Positions 63,749 to 64,000 of a stretch of 64,000 nucleotides of DNA are shown piece by piece. A model generated the notes under the pieces. It searched no databases and was not told the DNA's origin. It saw only the letters and a list, made by a program, of their open reading frames with translations. The stretch lies in assembly GCA_963740355.1 (NCBI GenBank), contig CAVUDW010000003.1, positions 2,518,085 through 2,582,084 of the forward strand, written 5' to 3'. The position numbers and the translations under genes were made by a program. Numbering within the stretch: position 1 is the stretch's first letter; each line of letters opens with the position of its first letter. This DNA comes from an uncultured Gemmatimonadaceae bacterium (lineage in GTDB: Bacteria; Gemmatimonadota; Gemmatimonadetes; Gemmatimonadales; Gemmatimonadaceae).

Positions 63749-63793
63749 AGAACGTCGAGAACGTCGAGAACGTCGAGAACGTCGAGAACGTCG
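63749..63793. repeat. Perfect tandem repeat (AGAACGTCG)x5
   Basis: Read directly from the sequence. Confidence 0.95.
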
Positions 63794-64000
63794 TCGTCGC
63801 CGACCAGACCACCTCGAGTCCTGCGGCGGTGTTGTTTGGGCAGTAGGATCGTCAAGCTCGGCCCTCATAATTGGCAGCGCAGCCATCGGCGAACTCCTGC
63901 TGCCCTGCGGCGGACGCGGGGTCCACCCGAGCTATGACGATCTGCAGGGGTCGCCGGACACCTCTATCATCGTTGAACAGGCGCGGCTGCGGAGCGCCTA

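Overview
This is a GC-rich bacterial chromosome segment, most likely Gemmatimonadota (inferred from the gene content, not from a search). It has many single-base frameshifts typical of long-read consensus error, densest at 20-40 kb. The left part (1-17 kb) holds an S9 peptidase, a PAS-GAF-LOV hybrid histidine kinase, a GT4 glycosyltransferase, a LysR gene divergent from a dabB-dabA inorganic carbon pump, and a tyrosine phosphatase/ADP-ribosylglycohydrolase fusion. The middle (17.2-40.1 kb) is an accessory/defence region downstream of tRNA-Phe. It contains a HEPN-like gene coupled to a Ser/Thr kinase-SWIB fusion, an HNH nuclease, a type I RM operon with an embedded DUF262 gene and M48 peptidase, an Abi_C protein, a membrane coiled-coil/vWA-like pair, an HD hydrolase with two PD-(D/E)XK nucleases, and a degenerate tRNA 3' duplicate (att-like). 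The right part holds an excisionase-HTH/PIN pair, queF and core genes (rhomboid, ddl, cbs, fahA, mutS, SPOR, holA, ECF sigma/anti-sigma). A second accessory block from 60.2 kb begins at a transposon-end-like triple repeat and carries a wHTH + HEPN-like/wHTH pair. Five copies of a ~300-450 bp modular, self-complementary intergenic repeat and a related ~320 bp palindrome are scattered through the core regions. No CRISPR array, rRNA, integrase or transposase was found. The best candidates for new systems are the HEPN-like + kinase-SWIB module, the palindromic repeat family and the wHTH/HEPN-like pair.
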